Positions 28,347-37,568 of a stretch of DNA of 64,000 bases are shown piece after piece. The stretch's first letter is position 1; each line of letters opens with the position of its first letter. This stretch comes from Chloroflexota bacterium (lineage in GTDB: Bacteria; Chloroflexota; UBA11872; UBA12225; JAJDUF01), in assembly GCA_034422515.1 (NCBI GenBank), contig DAOUJP010000010.1, positions 200,123-264,122 on the forward strand. Direction: 5' to 3'. The position numbers and the translations under genes are program-made. Under the pieces are notes generated by a model that saw only the letters and a program-made list of their open reading frames with translations, did not search any database and had not been told where the DNA came from.

Positions 28347-28976
28347 ATGCAAACTCTTAGCGAGCGGCAACAGGGTATCCTGCGCTTCATCGAGCAATAC
28401 ATCGAGGAACAGGGGCGACCGCCGACGAACCGGGAAATCGGCGCAGCGGCCGGTATCGGGTCGACAAGCCACGTTGATTACCACCTCACGGTCCTGGCCA
28501 AGAAAGGCTACATTATCCGCGAACGCCATACCAGCCGGGGGCTACGGCTGGTGCATGGCCCGGCGGCACCGCGGCCGCGCCTCCGCACCGTGCCCGTGAT
28601 TGGGCAGATCGCCGCCGGTCAGCCGATTGACGCGATCAGTGACCGGAGCGATGTCCTCCAGCTCAGTGCCGACCAGGTACCGCCGGACACGTATGCGCTG
28701 CGCGTGCGCGGCAAGTCCATGATCGAAGACCTGATTGACGACGGAGACCTGGTGGTGGTCGAGCCGGCACAAACCGCGCGAGACGGCGAGATTGTAGTGG
28801 CACTCTTGACCGATGGTCCCAATGCTGAGGGTACCGCCACGCTGAAGCGATTCTATCACGAGGGCGACCGCATTCGCTTACAACCGGCGCATCCGACGAT
28901 GGAGCCGATCTATGCCGACCCGCAGCACGTGCTCGTGCAGGGACGCGCGGTCAGCATTATCCGCCACCTACACTAA
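28347..28976 (+). CDS. lexA: LexA repressor (S24 peptidase)
   Basis: N-terminal wHTH LSERQQGILRFIEQYIEEQGRPPTNREIGAA; cleavage site and catalytic Ser/Lys: VIGQIAAGQPI...RVRGKSMIEDLIDDGDLVVV. Confidence 0.95.
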   Translation: MQTLSERQQGILRFIEQYIEEQGRPPTNREIGAAAGIGSTSHVDYHLTVLAKKGYIIRERHTSRGLRLVHGPAAPRPRLRTVPVIGQIAAGQPIDAISDRSDVLQLSADQVPPDTYALRVRGKSMIEDLIDDGDLVVVEPAQTARDGEIVVALLTDGPNAEGTATLKRFYHEGDRIRLQPAHPTMEPIYADPQHVLVQGRAVSIIRHLH

Positions 28977-29020
28977 GAGGGTGGCGGCGCCCGGGTATTG
29001 CGACCGTGGAGCAGCGAAAG

Positions 29021-29050
29021 TTGACGGAATCGCCGCTCCCTTGCTAGACT
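29021..29050 (+). promoter_or_regulatory. Putative promoter (TTGACG, 18-nt spacer, TAGACT) with an approximately 145-nt structured leader before rplU
   Basis: aagTTGACGgaatcgccgctcccttgcTAGACT; the leader contains the hairpin GCTGCC-tttatccccgca-GGCAGC. Confidence 0.4.
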
Positions 29051-29194
29051 GCGAGGCTGTGCGGAGGTGGCCTTGAGTGCTGCCTTTATCCCCGCAGGCA
29101 GCGAGCGGCTCGCACGCCGGCTTGACGGTATAGGGCTTGTGTGAGCGCGGGCGACGCGGCGCAGCCGGCGCCCAATGCCAGAGCAGAAGGAAGT

Positions 29195-29545
29195 ATGGGC
29201 GTGTATGCCATTGTAGAGGATCACGGGCAGCAATACTCCTTACGCGAGGGTGAGGTGCTGGACCTTGCCCGGCGGGCGGCCACGCCCGGCGAACGGCTGG
29301 AGTTGGATCGGGTACTCCTGGTGCGCGACGGCGACCACGTCGCGGTCGGCCGGCCGACGGTACCCGGTGCCCGTGTGATCGCGGAAGTGCTCGATGAAGT
29401 GAAGGGTCGCAAGGTCACGGTCTTCAAGTACAAGTCGAGCGTGCGGTATCGTCGGCTGACCGGCCATCGGCAACGCTACTGCCGGGTGAAGATCACCTCC
29501 ATTGTCCCGGGCGGTAGCGCCGGCACCGAGGCCGCGGCGAGTTGA
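29195..29545 (+). CDS. rplU: 50S ribosomal protein L21
   Basis: [24 protein letters not shown]...[28 protein letters not shown] matches L21. Confidence 0.9.
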   Translation: MGVYAIVEDHGQQYSLREGEVLDLARRAATPGERLELDRVLLVRDGDHVAVGRPTVPGARVIAEVLDEVKGRKVTVFKYKSSVRYRRLTGHRQRYCRVKITSIVPGGSAGTEAAAS

Positions 29546-29597
29546 GGCGAGTGCTGGGGCAGCAGGGTCCTTGGCGGTAGCGAGAGAGGAAGAACGG

Positions 29598-29855
29598 ATG
29601 TCCTCCAAAAAGGGTGTCGGGAGTACCAAGAACGGCCGCGATAGTATCGGCAAGCGCCTCGGCGCAAAGCGGTTCGACGGGCAGTTGGTCCATGCCGGTG
29701 AGGTCCTGGCGCGGCAGCGTGGCACCCGTTACTATCCCGGCAACAACGTCGGGCTAGGGCGAGACTACACCCTCTTCGCGCTCGTGTCCGGGCGCGTGAA
29801 GTGGGAGTACCGGCGACGCAACCAGCGCCAAGTCAGTGTCTACGCGGACTCGTGA
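29598..29855 (+). CDS. rpmA: 50S ribosomal protein L27
   Basis: [61 protein letters not shown] is the canonical L27 sequence. Confidence 0.95.
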   Translation: MSSKKGVGSTKNGRDSIGKRLGAKRFDGQLVHAGEVLARQRGTRYYPGNNVGLGRDYTLFALVSGRVKWEYRRRNQRQVSVYADS

Positions 29856-30136
29856 GCGGCAGTCGATGAGCCGGGTCAGCGGGTAGGAATATCCGCTAGG
29901 GAGCTTCGCTGTGCTGGGGGCACGGCGAGCTACGGTATCCGTTGCTACTCGTACCTGACAGCGGTACACCTCGCGTGTTGCCGGGGCAGTTGCGTCCCCG
30001 GACCAAGGCAGTTGTTGGTCGCCATTTCGGTTGCCGCGCCACTCCATATGGCACCCCGATAGGCTATGCTATACTCGGCAGCCTAACGGGAAGTGCAGCC
30101 ACACGGGAACGCGAGTTGGGCTGAGAAGAGGCGAAC

Positions 30137-31390
30137 ATGGCGGAAACCGAGCGTCGCCGCGTAGTAGTCACCGGCATGGGGGCGGTTACCCCGCTGGGCT
30201 TGGATGTGGCTAGTAGCTGGGAGGGGGTCATCGCGGGGGATTCCGGCGTCGTGCCGATCTCCACGTTCGACACCACCGGCTACCCCTGCCGGATTGCCGG
30301 TGAGGTCCGGGGGTTTAATCCGACCGACTATTTCGATGCCAAGGACGTGCGTCGTACCGACCGCTTCGTCCAGTTCAGTCTGGTCGCAACCCAGGAAGCA
30401 CTGCACGATGCCGACCTGGAAGTCACGGAGGAACGGGCGGACCACACGGGCGTCTATATCGGCACCGGCATCGGTGGCCTGATTACGTTGACCGAGCAGA
30501 TCAAGGTGCTCGACGAGCGGGGTGTGCGGCGGGTAAGCCCGTTTCTGGTGCCGATGATGATTGCCGACATGGCCTCCGGCCAGGTCAGCATAGACGTGGG
30601 GGCACGCGGACCGAATATGGGCATCGTGAGTGCCTGCTCCAGTGGAGCACACGCCATCGGGGAAGCCTACGAGGTAATTCGCCGGGGCGATGCCGAGGCG
30701 ATGATAACCGGCGGCACGGAAGGCTCCATCGTGCCCATCGGTCTGGCCGGCTTTTGTGCTTCGCGGGCACTCACCAGGCAGAACGGCGAGCCGGAACGGG
30801 CCTCGCGGCCTTTTGACGCCAAGCGCGACGGATTCGTGCCGGCCGAGGGCGCCGGCATCGTCATCCTGGAAAGCCTCGAACATGCCGAAGCCAGAGGCGC
30901 GCGGATTCACGCCGAACTGGTCGGCTACGGCGCCACGGCCGATGCCTTCCACATCACGCTGCCGGCAAAGGAAGGCGCCGGGGCGCGTCGCGCGATGGAG
31001 CGAGCGCTGCAAAAGGCCGACCTCGACGTAGGCGAGGTGGACTACATCAATGCCCACGGCACGAGCACCGAGGCCAACGACCGCTTGGAAACGCACGCCG
31101 TCAAGACCTTGTTCGGGGAGCACGCGGACCGGCTACCGATAAGCTCCACGAAGTCTATGATCGGCCACGCCCTGGGGGCGGCGGGTGGTATCGAAGCGGT
31201 CTTCACGATCAAGGCATTGCTGGACGACACGCTCCCGCCCACCATCAACTACGAGTATCCGGACCCGGCGTGTGACCTGAACTACGTCCCCAACGAGGCC
31301 CGGCCGGCGCGGGTGGACGTAGCCATGTCCAATAGCTTCGGGTTCGGTGGTCATAACGCCAGTCTCGTCTTCCGGGCTTATGCCCCCTGA
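30137..31390 (+). CDS. fabF: 3-oxoacyl-ACP synthase II
   Basis: VVVTGMGAVTPLG; active-site IVSACSSGAH; HGTSTEANDRLE; GHALGAAGGIEAV; FGFGGHNASLVF. Confidence 0.95.
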   Translation: MAETERRRVVVTGMGAVTPLGLDVASSWEGVIAGDSGVVPISTFDTTGYPCRIAGEVRGFNPTDYFDAKDVRRTDRFVQFSLVATQEALHDADLEVTEERADHTGVYIGTGIGGLITLTEQIKVLDERGVRRVSPFLVPMMIADMASGQVSIDVGARGPNMGIVSACSSGAHAIGEAYEVIRRGDAEAMITGGTEGSIVPIGLAGFCASRALTRQNGEPERASRPFDAKRDGFVPAEGAGIVILESLEHAEARGARIHAELVGYGATADAFHITLPAKEGAGARRAMERALQKADLDVGEVDYINAHGTSTEANDRLETHAVKTLFGEHADRLPISSTKSMIGHALGAAGGIEAVFTIKALLDDTLPPTINYEYPDPACDLNYVPNEARPARVDVAMSNSFGFGGHNASLVFRAYAP

Positions 31391-31910
31391 CACCGCCCGG
31401 CCGCTCCCCGAACGCCTCCACTGGCTGCGGGACCTGCTCGCCGCCGTCGAAGCCGCGGACCTCGCGGGGCTGGAGCTAAGTACCGGCGGGCTGCGCGTGT
31501 ACGTGCGCCGCCGGGTGACAGCCGTTGATGCACCGGTTATCGTCGCGGCGCCTCCCGCCGCAGCGCGTCCTGCGGCCGAGAGAACCGCTGCGGCGACCGC
31601 TCCCGCGACCACTGAGGTCGCCGATCAGGACCTGCTCGCCGTGCGGACCCCGCTGACCGGCATGTTCTACACGTCGCCAACGCCGCAAGACCCGCCGTAT
31701 GTCCAGGTTGGCGATCCGGTCGAGGCGGATCAGGTGGTGGCGCTCGTAGAAGCAATGAAAGTCTTCAACGAGATTCGCTCCGAGCACCGTGGGGTGGTGG
31801 AGCGCGTCGTCGCGGAGAACGGCCAACTGGTCCACACCGACCAGCCGCTGCTGCTGCTGCGGCCCATCGAGGGCGGGCCGGAGGGCACATCACCGGCGGC
31901 GGCGATGTAG
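31380..31910 (+). CDS. accB: Biotin carboxyl carrier protein of acetyl-CoA carboxylase
   Basis: Ala/Pro-rich linker then biotinyl domain VRTPLTGMFY...GDPVEADQVVALVEAMKVFNEIRSEHRGVV (EAMK biotin-attachment motif). Start overlaps the fabF stop by 11 nt. Confidence 0.8.
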   Translation: MPPDTARPLPERLHWLRDLLAAVEAADLAGLELSTGGLRVYVRRRVTAVDAPVIVAAPPAAARPAAERTAAATAPATTEVADQDLLAVRTPLTGMFYTSPTPQDPPYVQVGDPVEADQVVALVEAMKVFNEIRSEHRGVVERVVAENGQLVHTDQPLLLLRPIEGGPEGTSPAAAM

Positions 31911-31953
31911 GGCCACTCGCGGCCGGTCCTGCCGCGGGAGCGGGAGGAGTGGG

Positions 31954-32304
31954 ATGATTGAGCGCCTGGACTTGCAGCCGAGGCACCGCAAGCAGATCGA
32001 GGCGATGTTGCGCGAGCAACTGCCGGGCGTTGAAGTGTGGGCCTACGGCAGCCGCGTCAACGGCAGAGGCCATGGTGGCAGCGACCTTGACTTGGTGCTG
32101 CGCGGCCCGGACTTGCAGCGGCTGCCCATCGGCAAGCTCTCCGACTTGACGGAAGCCTTTCGGGAATCCAACATTCCCTTTCTCATCGAGGCGCGTGAGT
32201 GGGCGAGGCTGCCAGAGAGCTTCCATCGCGAGATCGAGCGAGACTACGTGGTGCTGGTGAGGGGCGTGGAGCGAACAACTGGGAGGGTATCCGATGCTGA
32301 CTAA
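31954..32304 (+). CDS. Minimal nucleotidyltransferase (MNT/Pol-beta superfamily; MntA-like)
   Basis: hG[GS]-x9-13-DhD signature: VWAYGSRVNGRGHGGSDLDLVL; 116 aa; the stop overlaps the downstream ATPase start (GATGCTGACTAA). Confidence 0.7.
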   Translation: MIERLDLQPRHRKQIEAMLREQLPGVEVWAYGSRVNGRGHGGSDLDLVLRGPDLQRLPIGKLSDLTEAFRESNIPFLIEAREWARLPESFHREIERDYVVLVRGVERTTGRVSDAD

Positions 32305-34039
32305 GCTCATCATCCGCCATTTTAAGCGTTTTGGCGCGGAAGTCGAGATCGAGTTGGGCAATCCCGTCGTGTTCATCGGCCCGAACAACTCGGGCAAAAC
32401 CTCGGCGATGCAAGCCTTAGCGCTCTGGGATATCGGCCTGAATCGCTGGAACGAGAAGCGCTCGGGGAGAAGTACACCAGAGAGGCGTCCGGGTGTCACC
32501 GTTAACCGAAGGGACCTCGTCTCCATACCTGTCCCAAGTGCGCGTCTGTTGTGGCATAGGCGCCATGTACGCGACGTGCAGCAGGTCGGAGGTCGCCCAC
32601 AGACCAGCAACGTCCGGATTGATGTCATTGTCAATGGCATCACCCAAGGCAGTGAATGGACCTGCGGGCTGGAGTTCGACTTTGCGAACGAGGAGTCGTT
32701 CTACTGCCGCCCGCTGCGGCGAGGCGAGGGTAAGACACCGGAGCGAATGTCAATTCCGCCGGAGGCCGGGGCAACGCAGATAGCCTTCCTTCCCCCGATG
32801 TCCGGCCTCGCGGCGACAGAGACACGCCTCGATCACGGTGCCGTGAATGTGCGTGTGGGAGAAGGCCGCACGGCCGAGGTCCTACGCAATCTCTGCTTCC
32901 GCATTTACCAAGAGCATCCGGGTGACTGGGAGAAGCTCGTTGCACAGATCGAGGGGTTGTTCGGGGCGGTACTCGAACCTCCGCACTACATCGAGGAGCG
33001 CGGCGAGATCGCCATGAGCTACCAGGAGCAAGGGGTGACGCTTGACCTCGCTTCCAGCGGCCGGGGCCTTCAGCAGACACTCCTCATCCTGGCGTACATG
33101 TACGCCAACCCTGGCGCCTTGCTCTTGCTCGACGAGCCGGACGCGCACCTCGAGATTCTGCGCCAGCGCCAGATATATCGGCTGCTCACGGAGGCGGCAG
33201 CCGGGAGCGGCAGCCAGATCATCGCGGCGAGCCACTCCGAGGTGCTCCTGAATGAAGCCGCGGGCAGAGACATGGTGATCGCTTTTGTCGGCCCGCCGCA
33301 TCGGATTGAAGACCGCGGCAGCCAGGTCCGCAAGGCGCTCACGGAGATCGGATTCGAGCACTACTACCAGGCCGAGCAGACGGGCTGGGTGCTCTATCTG
33401 GAAGGCTCCACGGACCTTTCCATCTTGCAGGCTTTTGCCCGGCGCCTCGGTCACGGCGAGGCGGCCCAAGTGCTGGAGCGCCCTTTCGTGCATTACGTTG
33501 GGAACCAGCCGGCCGCGGTAAAACGTCACCACTACGGTCTCGGGGAGGCGCTGCCGCACCTGCGAGGCGCGGCGCTCTTTGACCGCCGCGAATCTGGCGT
33601 CCCGACAATTGATCCGGTCGAATGTCTGATGTGGGAGCGACGGGAGATCGAGAACTACGTCTGCTCCCAGGCGACTCTGGAGAGGTATGCGCGGGCAGTA
33701 GGAGAAGGAGACACCCTCGGACCCCTGTTTGCGCCCGCAGAGGCCGACCGGCGGGTACACATCATGCGCGAGGCCATCGAGGAGGTTCAGAGGGCGATGC
33801 GGACTTTGGGCAAAGGCTCACCATGGAGCAGCGAGGTCAAGGTGAGCGATGACTTCCTGACTCCGCTGTTCCAGAACTACTTCCAGAAGCTCGGCTTGCC
33901 TAACCTGATGAACAAGAAGGACTTCTACGAGCTTGCCGAATACGTCCCTGAAGACGAGATTGACGCGGAGATTCGCGCCAAGCTGGACGCTATCGTGCGG
34001 GTCGCTGCGAGCGCCACTCCCGGGACGCGCGAACAGTAG
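32294..34039 (+). CDS. OLD/GajA/PARIS-like ABC-type ATPase (AAA_21-like) with C-terminal Toprim-like region
   Basis: N-terminus MLTKLIIRHFKRFGAEVEIELGNPVVFIGPNNSGKTSAMQAL (OLD-family start plus Walker A); signature-like LASSGRGLQQ; Walker B LLLLDEPDAHLE; H-loop AASHSE; C-terminal WVLYLEGSTDLSIL (Toprim-type EG) followed by FVHYVG...AALFDRRE. Confidence 0.65.
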   Translation: MLTKLIIRHFKRFGAEVEIELGNPVVFIGPNNSGKTSAMQALALWDIGLNRWNEKRSGRSTPERRPGVTVNRRDLVSIPVPSARLLWHRRHVRDVQQVGGRPQTSNVRIDVIVNGITQGSEWTCGLEFDFANEESFYCRPLRRGEGKTPERMSIPPEAGATQIAFLPPMSGLAATETRLDHGAVNVRVGEGRTAEVLRNLCFRIYQEHPGDWEKLVAQIEGLFGAVLEPPHYIEERGEIAMSYQEQGVTLDLASSGRGLQQTLLILAYMYANPGALLLLDEPDAHLEILRQRQIYRLLTEAAAGSGSQIIAASHSEVLLNEAAGRDMVIAFVGPPHRIEDRGSQVRKALTEIGFEHYYQAEQTGWVLYLEGSTDLSILQAFARRLGHGEAAQVLERPFVHYVGNQPAAVKRHHYGLGEALPHLRGAALFDRRESGVPTIDPVECLMWERREIENYVCSQATLERYARAVGEGDTLGPLFAPAEADRRVHIMREAIEEVQRAMRTLGKGSPWSSEVKVSDDFLTPLFQNYFQKLGLPNLMNKKDFYELAEYVPEDEIDAEIRAKLDAIVRVAASATPGTREQ

Positions 34040-34077
34040 GCCTGTCCGCACCGGCCGTCACGCTTAGTGAGCCGGTG

Positions 34078-35454
34078 CTACTCCACGCTGCCGGAGGCTA
34101 CTTCGTAGGCGCCTTGCACACCCTTGACCGCCGCGACGGGGGCACCGCTGCGGTAGTAGAGCGAGCCGAACGAGCGGGCCAAGGCGGTGGCGATCTCCGG
34201 GTGGGCGTCAATGAGGTTGCGGCGCTCGCCGCGGTCGGCGGTGAGGTCGTATAGCTCATCCGGCTCGTCGGGTGGCCGCAGCACTAGGCTCCACCGGTCA
34301 TCGCGGATGCAGCGCTCGTAGCCGGCGTGGTAGCCCGTAATCATGTGGTCGCGGTGCGCGGCGGTCTGCCCGCGTACCACGCGGTCAAAGCTGTGACCGT
34401 GCATGTCGGCGGTGAGGTTGGACCGGCCCATCATGGTGAGCAGGGTGGGTAACACGTCGTGGAACTGGGCCAGCGCGCTGATGCGTTGGCCGCCGCCACG
34501 ACCGCCGGGCAGCCGGAGTAGGAACGGCACCTTGAGCAGCTCGTTGTACAGGCGGTCGGTGCCCTTGAGGAACTTGCCGTGGTCGGCGAGGGGATGGCCG
34601 TGGTCCGCAACGAGCAGGATGATGGAATCGTCGTAGTAACCGAGATCGCGAAGGGTGGCGAACAGTTGACCGAGGCAGTGGTCCACGAAGGCCACCTCGC
34701 CCGCATATAGGCCGCGAATGTGGCGGATTTGCTCCGGCGAGGCCCACTCGGCGGCCGGGCCGCCCATCGGCAGGATGAGACGCGGCCCCCGGTACGCCGG
34801 GTCGGTGTAGGTATCCCAGTGCGATGGCGGGTCCCACGGCTCGTGGGGGTCGAAGCTATCAATCCAGAGGAAGAGCCGGTCGTGGGAGCGGTTGCGCTGG
34901 AGCCAAGTGCGGGCCTCGTCCACGACCTGCGCCGGGAACCAACGCTGCTCCTCGGTGAAGGCATCGGTATTGGCGAGGAACTGATGTATCCGTTCGCGCC
35001 AGAGCGGCGGGTAGTGCGCGTTGACGTAATCGTCCAGGTTGCGCTGCGCCGGGCCGGAGTCGTAGGGGTCGTACTCCTGGCCGCGGATCCAGCGATAGGA
35101 GTGGAAGTTGCGGTGAAAGTTCATGCCCGGCGCCCGGTAATGGTAGGTATCGGAGATCAGCCCGCAGACGTAGCCCTCGCCGCGCAGTAGCTCGGTGGCG
35201 GTTACGTCCTCCGCGGTCAGCGGCTGCCAGGGGCGGTAGGGGAGGGTGCGTTGGCCGGTGAGTAGCGCGGTGCGGACCGGTATCGTCGGGAACGCCTCCG
35301 GGTAGACGTTCTCGAAGATCAGGCTCTCTTGCCCAAAGGCATCAATGTTGGGCGTTTGACAGGGCGCAACATCAGCGAATGGCGCTTGTCCCTGGTGGTA
35401 GAGGCTGACGTGGTCCTGCCGTAGGCTGTCCAGCATGATGACGATGAGGTTCAC
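34078..35454 (-). CDS. Sulfatase-family (alkaline-phosphatase superfamily) protein with Thr at the FGly position
   Basis: LIVIMLDSLRQDH; TIPVRTALLTGQR aligns to the sulfatase C/S-x-P-x-R-AALLTG signature with Thr in place of Cys/Ser; ADHGHPLADHG metal-site region. Confidence 0.75.
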   Translation of the reverse strand: MNLIVIMLDSLRQDHVSLYHQGQAPFADVAPCQTPNIDAFGQESLIFENVYPEAFPTIPVRTALLTGQRTLPYRPWQPLTAEDVTATELLRGEGYVCGLISDTYHYRAPGMNFHRNFHSYRWIRGQEYDPYDSGPAQRNLDDYVNAHYPPLWRERIHQFLANTDAFTEEQRWFPAQVVDEARTWLQRNRSHDRLFLWIDSFDPHEPWDPPSHWDTYTDPAYRGPRLILPMGGPAAEWASPEQIRHIRGLYAGEVAFVDHCLGQLFATLRDLGYYDDSIILLVADHGHPLADHGKFLKGTDRLYNELLKVPFLLRLPGGRGGGQRISALAQFHDVLPTLLTMMGRSNLTADMHGHSFDRVVRGQTAAHRDHMITGYHAGYERCIRDDRWSLVLRPPDEPDELYDLTADRGERRNLIDAHPEIATALARSFGSLYYRSGAPVAAVKGVQGAYEVASGSVE

Positions 35455-35547
35455 TGGCTCAATCCTCCCGGAGACATAGCGTATCTAGCGGTACGCCGAT
35501 GAAGGTTGAGCACTCCTGTAACACATTTCACGTGAAACGACAAGCTC

Positions 35548-35600
35548 CACTCCTCACCCCCCGGCCCCCTCTCCACCAAGTGGAGAGGGGGAGTCGGCCG
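35548..35600. repeat. Family-D-like hairpin repeat (CCCCCTCTCCAC-CAAG-TGGAGAGGGGG)
   Basis: Variant of repeat D, between purC and the sulfatase gene. Confidence 0.7.
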
Positions 35601-35740
35601 AGGGCGGAGTCGTACTTCGTGGTCAGTTGGCGGGGAGAAAGGTCTGGTTTACCGTGAGCGTTGCCATTGAACTTGCTGCTCAGTGCTCGTGTCCGCTTGG
35701 CCTCATGCCTCTATTGAGTAGGCAGAGGCCGGATATGCTT

Positions 35741-36625
35741 TTACGCGACCTCGCGGCCGGTCAGGCGGCGGAGCGCGTCGGTGTACTTCTCTTGGGTCCG
35801 CGCGACCACCTCGGGCGGTAGCGGCGGGGCCGGCGGCGCTTTGTTCCAGCCAGTGGCGCTGAGGTAGTCGCGGACGTACTGTTTGTCGTAGCTGGGCGGG
35901 TTGCTGCCCGGCTCGTAGGTCTCCGTATCCCAGAAGCGCGACGAGTCCGGCGTCAGCAACTCATCAATCAAGATCAACTGACCCTCGGCGCTACCGTTGT
36001 CCTCGATGATGCCGAACTCCATCTTCGTATCGGCGATGATGATGCCGCGCTCCCGCGCTTGCTCCGCTGCGGCCGAGTAGACCGCGAGCGTCGCGTCGCG
36101 TAGCTGGGCCGCGAGCGGCCGGCCGACCATCGTTTCCACCTCCTCGAAGGTCAACGGCTCATCATGCCCGGTTTCGGCCTTGGTCGTTGGCGTGAAGATC
36201 GGCTCCGGGAGCTGCTGCGCCTCGATCAACCCCGCCGGCAGCCGAATGCCGCAGACGGTCCCCGACTTCTGGTACTCGGCCCAGCCCGAGCCGGTGATGT
36301 AGCCGCGCGCGACGCACTCGACGTCAATCCGCTCGGCCCGTCGCACCACCATGCTGCGACCGGTGAGCTGGGCGGCGTGTGCCTGTAGCTCCGCCGGATA
36401 CTCGTCCACGTCCGTTGTCAGCACGTGGTTGGGCAAGAGGTCTTGGGTCTGCTCGAACCAGTAGGCGGAGAGTTGGTTGAGCACCTTACCCTTCCCGGGG
36501 ATCGCCGTCGGCAGCACCACGTCGAACGCGGAGATGCGATCACTGACGACGATCAGTAGTTGGTCGCCCAGATCGTACACATCGCGTACCTTGTAGCGGA
36601 TAGCCAACTCCTCAAGCTGTGCCAT
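35741..36625 (-). CDS. purC: Phosphoribosylaminoimidazole-succinocarboxamide (SAICAR) synthase
   Basis: MAQLEELAIRYKVRDVYDLGDQLLIVVSDRISAFD...; own RBS AAGGAG 6 nt before the ATG; SAICAR_synt fold features throughout. Confidence 0.85.
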   Translation of the reverse strand: MAQLEELAIRYKVRDVYDLGDQLLIVVSDRISAFDVVLPTAIPGKGKVLNQLSAYWFEQTQDLLPNHVLTTDVDEYPAELQAHAAQLTGRSMVVRRAERIDVECVARGYITGSGWAEYQKSGTVCGIRLPAGLIEAQQLPEPIFTPTTKAETGHDEPLTFEEVETMVGRPLAAQLRDATLAVYSAAAEQARERGIIIADTKMEFGIIEDNGSAEGQLILIDELLTPDSSRFWDTETYEPGSNPPSYDKQYVRDYLSATGWNKAPPAPPLPPEVVARTQEKYTDALRRLTGREVA

Positions 36626-37252
36626 GACCTGCTCCTTTACTGCGGCTCTTGACTGCTGCTCGGCGATAGTGGGTTGCCGGGGAGCAAACCTCCTTTCATA
36701 CGTAGGTCCGAGGATGCGCCGCAGACGCTTGCGACCTTCCTGTATACGCCCCTTCACCGTAGTGATCGGTAGCTCCACAACCTCGGCGATCTTGCGGTAG
36801 CGCAGCCCGGCCACGTAGTACAGCGTGAGGGCCAGGCGCTGTGGTCGCGGCAAGGCCAGCAGGGCACGATTGAGGTCCTGGTGTAGCTCGCCGTGCTCGG
36901 CTGCACGCTCCGGGGACACTGCCCGCCCATCCTGCAGATCGCCCAAGGCGGGTGTATCGAGCGAGAGTGCCGGACGCCGCCGGCGACGCCAACGCAAACA
37001 CTCGTTGGCCACAATGCGGGCGAGCCAGCCGCCGAAGCGAGCCGGGTCGGCCAGGCTGTCGAGGTGCAGATACGCGGCGAGGAATGCCTGTTGGGCAACA
37101 TCCAAGGCATCTTCGCGGTGACCTAGATGGTAGTAAGCGAGTCCATAGGCCTCCGCCTGAAACCGCTCGACCAACTGCCCGAACGCGCCCTTATCCCCAG
37201 TCTGGCCGCGGCGGACTAGGTCGGCAGTGGATGAAGTCACTACGTCACTCAC
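36626..37252 (-). CDS. ECF sigma factor, in frame with and reading without a stop into purC
   Basis: Region 2 FLAAYLHLDSLADPARFGGWLARIVANECLRWRR; region 4 LPRPQRLALTLYYVAGLRYRKIAEVVELPITTVKGRIQEGRKRLRRIL. No stop codon before the purC ATG in the same frame. Confidence 0.6.
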
Positions 37253-37568
37253 GGGCGGCCTCCGTACTGGGCGCTGGCGAGGCGGCGGACTGGAAAGCGT
37301 CAGTGCGCCGCTGCGCCCCTCACAAGATACGATGCCGCGAGTCGGCGTTTGGGAAGAGGCCAGTTGCGGGGACGGGGTAGGTCCACTCCAGCGCGCCGAG
37401 CATCGTGATCCTCTACAAGTGATTCATCGTGAGCATCGGGGTTACACTCATGGTATAGTACGCGCGGCGACTACCAAGCAAGGAGACGGTGAGGTCGGCT
37501 GCGTTCGAGGAGCGCGCCGCGTTGGCGCGTGGCATGGTCTCGCCATCCGAATCAGGGGATGAGTCGTT

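Noticed and set aside
29860-30136. Possible promoter (TGGCAC...TATACT) upstream of fabF
   Set aside because: The -35 is poor and the spacing is ambiguous. fabF may instead be co-transcribed or use a different sigma, so the evidence was not enough to list it as a feature.
31958-32149. 63-aa TTG-start ORF inside the MNT gene
   Set aside because: It is an alternative frame of the well-supported nucleotidyltransferase ORF, and its translation is Ala/Arg/Cys-rich.
36626-37252. Treating the ECF sigma plus purC read-through as a single 503-aa multidomain protein
   Set aside because: purC has its own optimally spaced SD and a start that matches orthologue N-termini, so two separate genes were called and the missing stop is reported as a finding instead.
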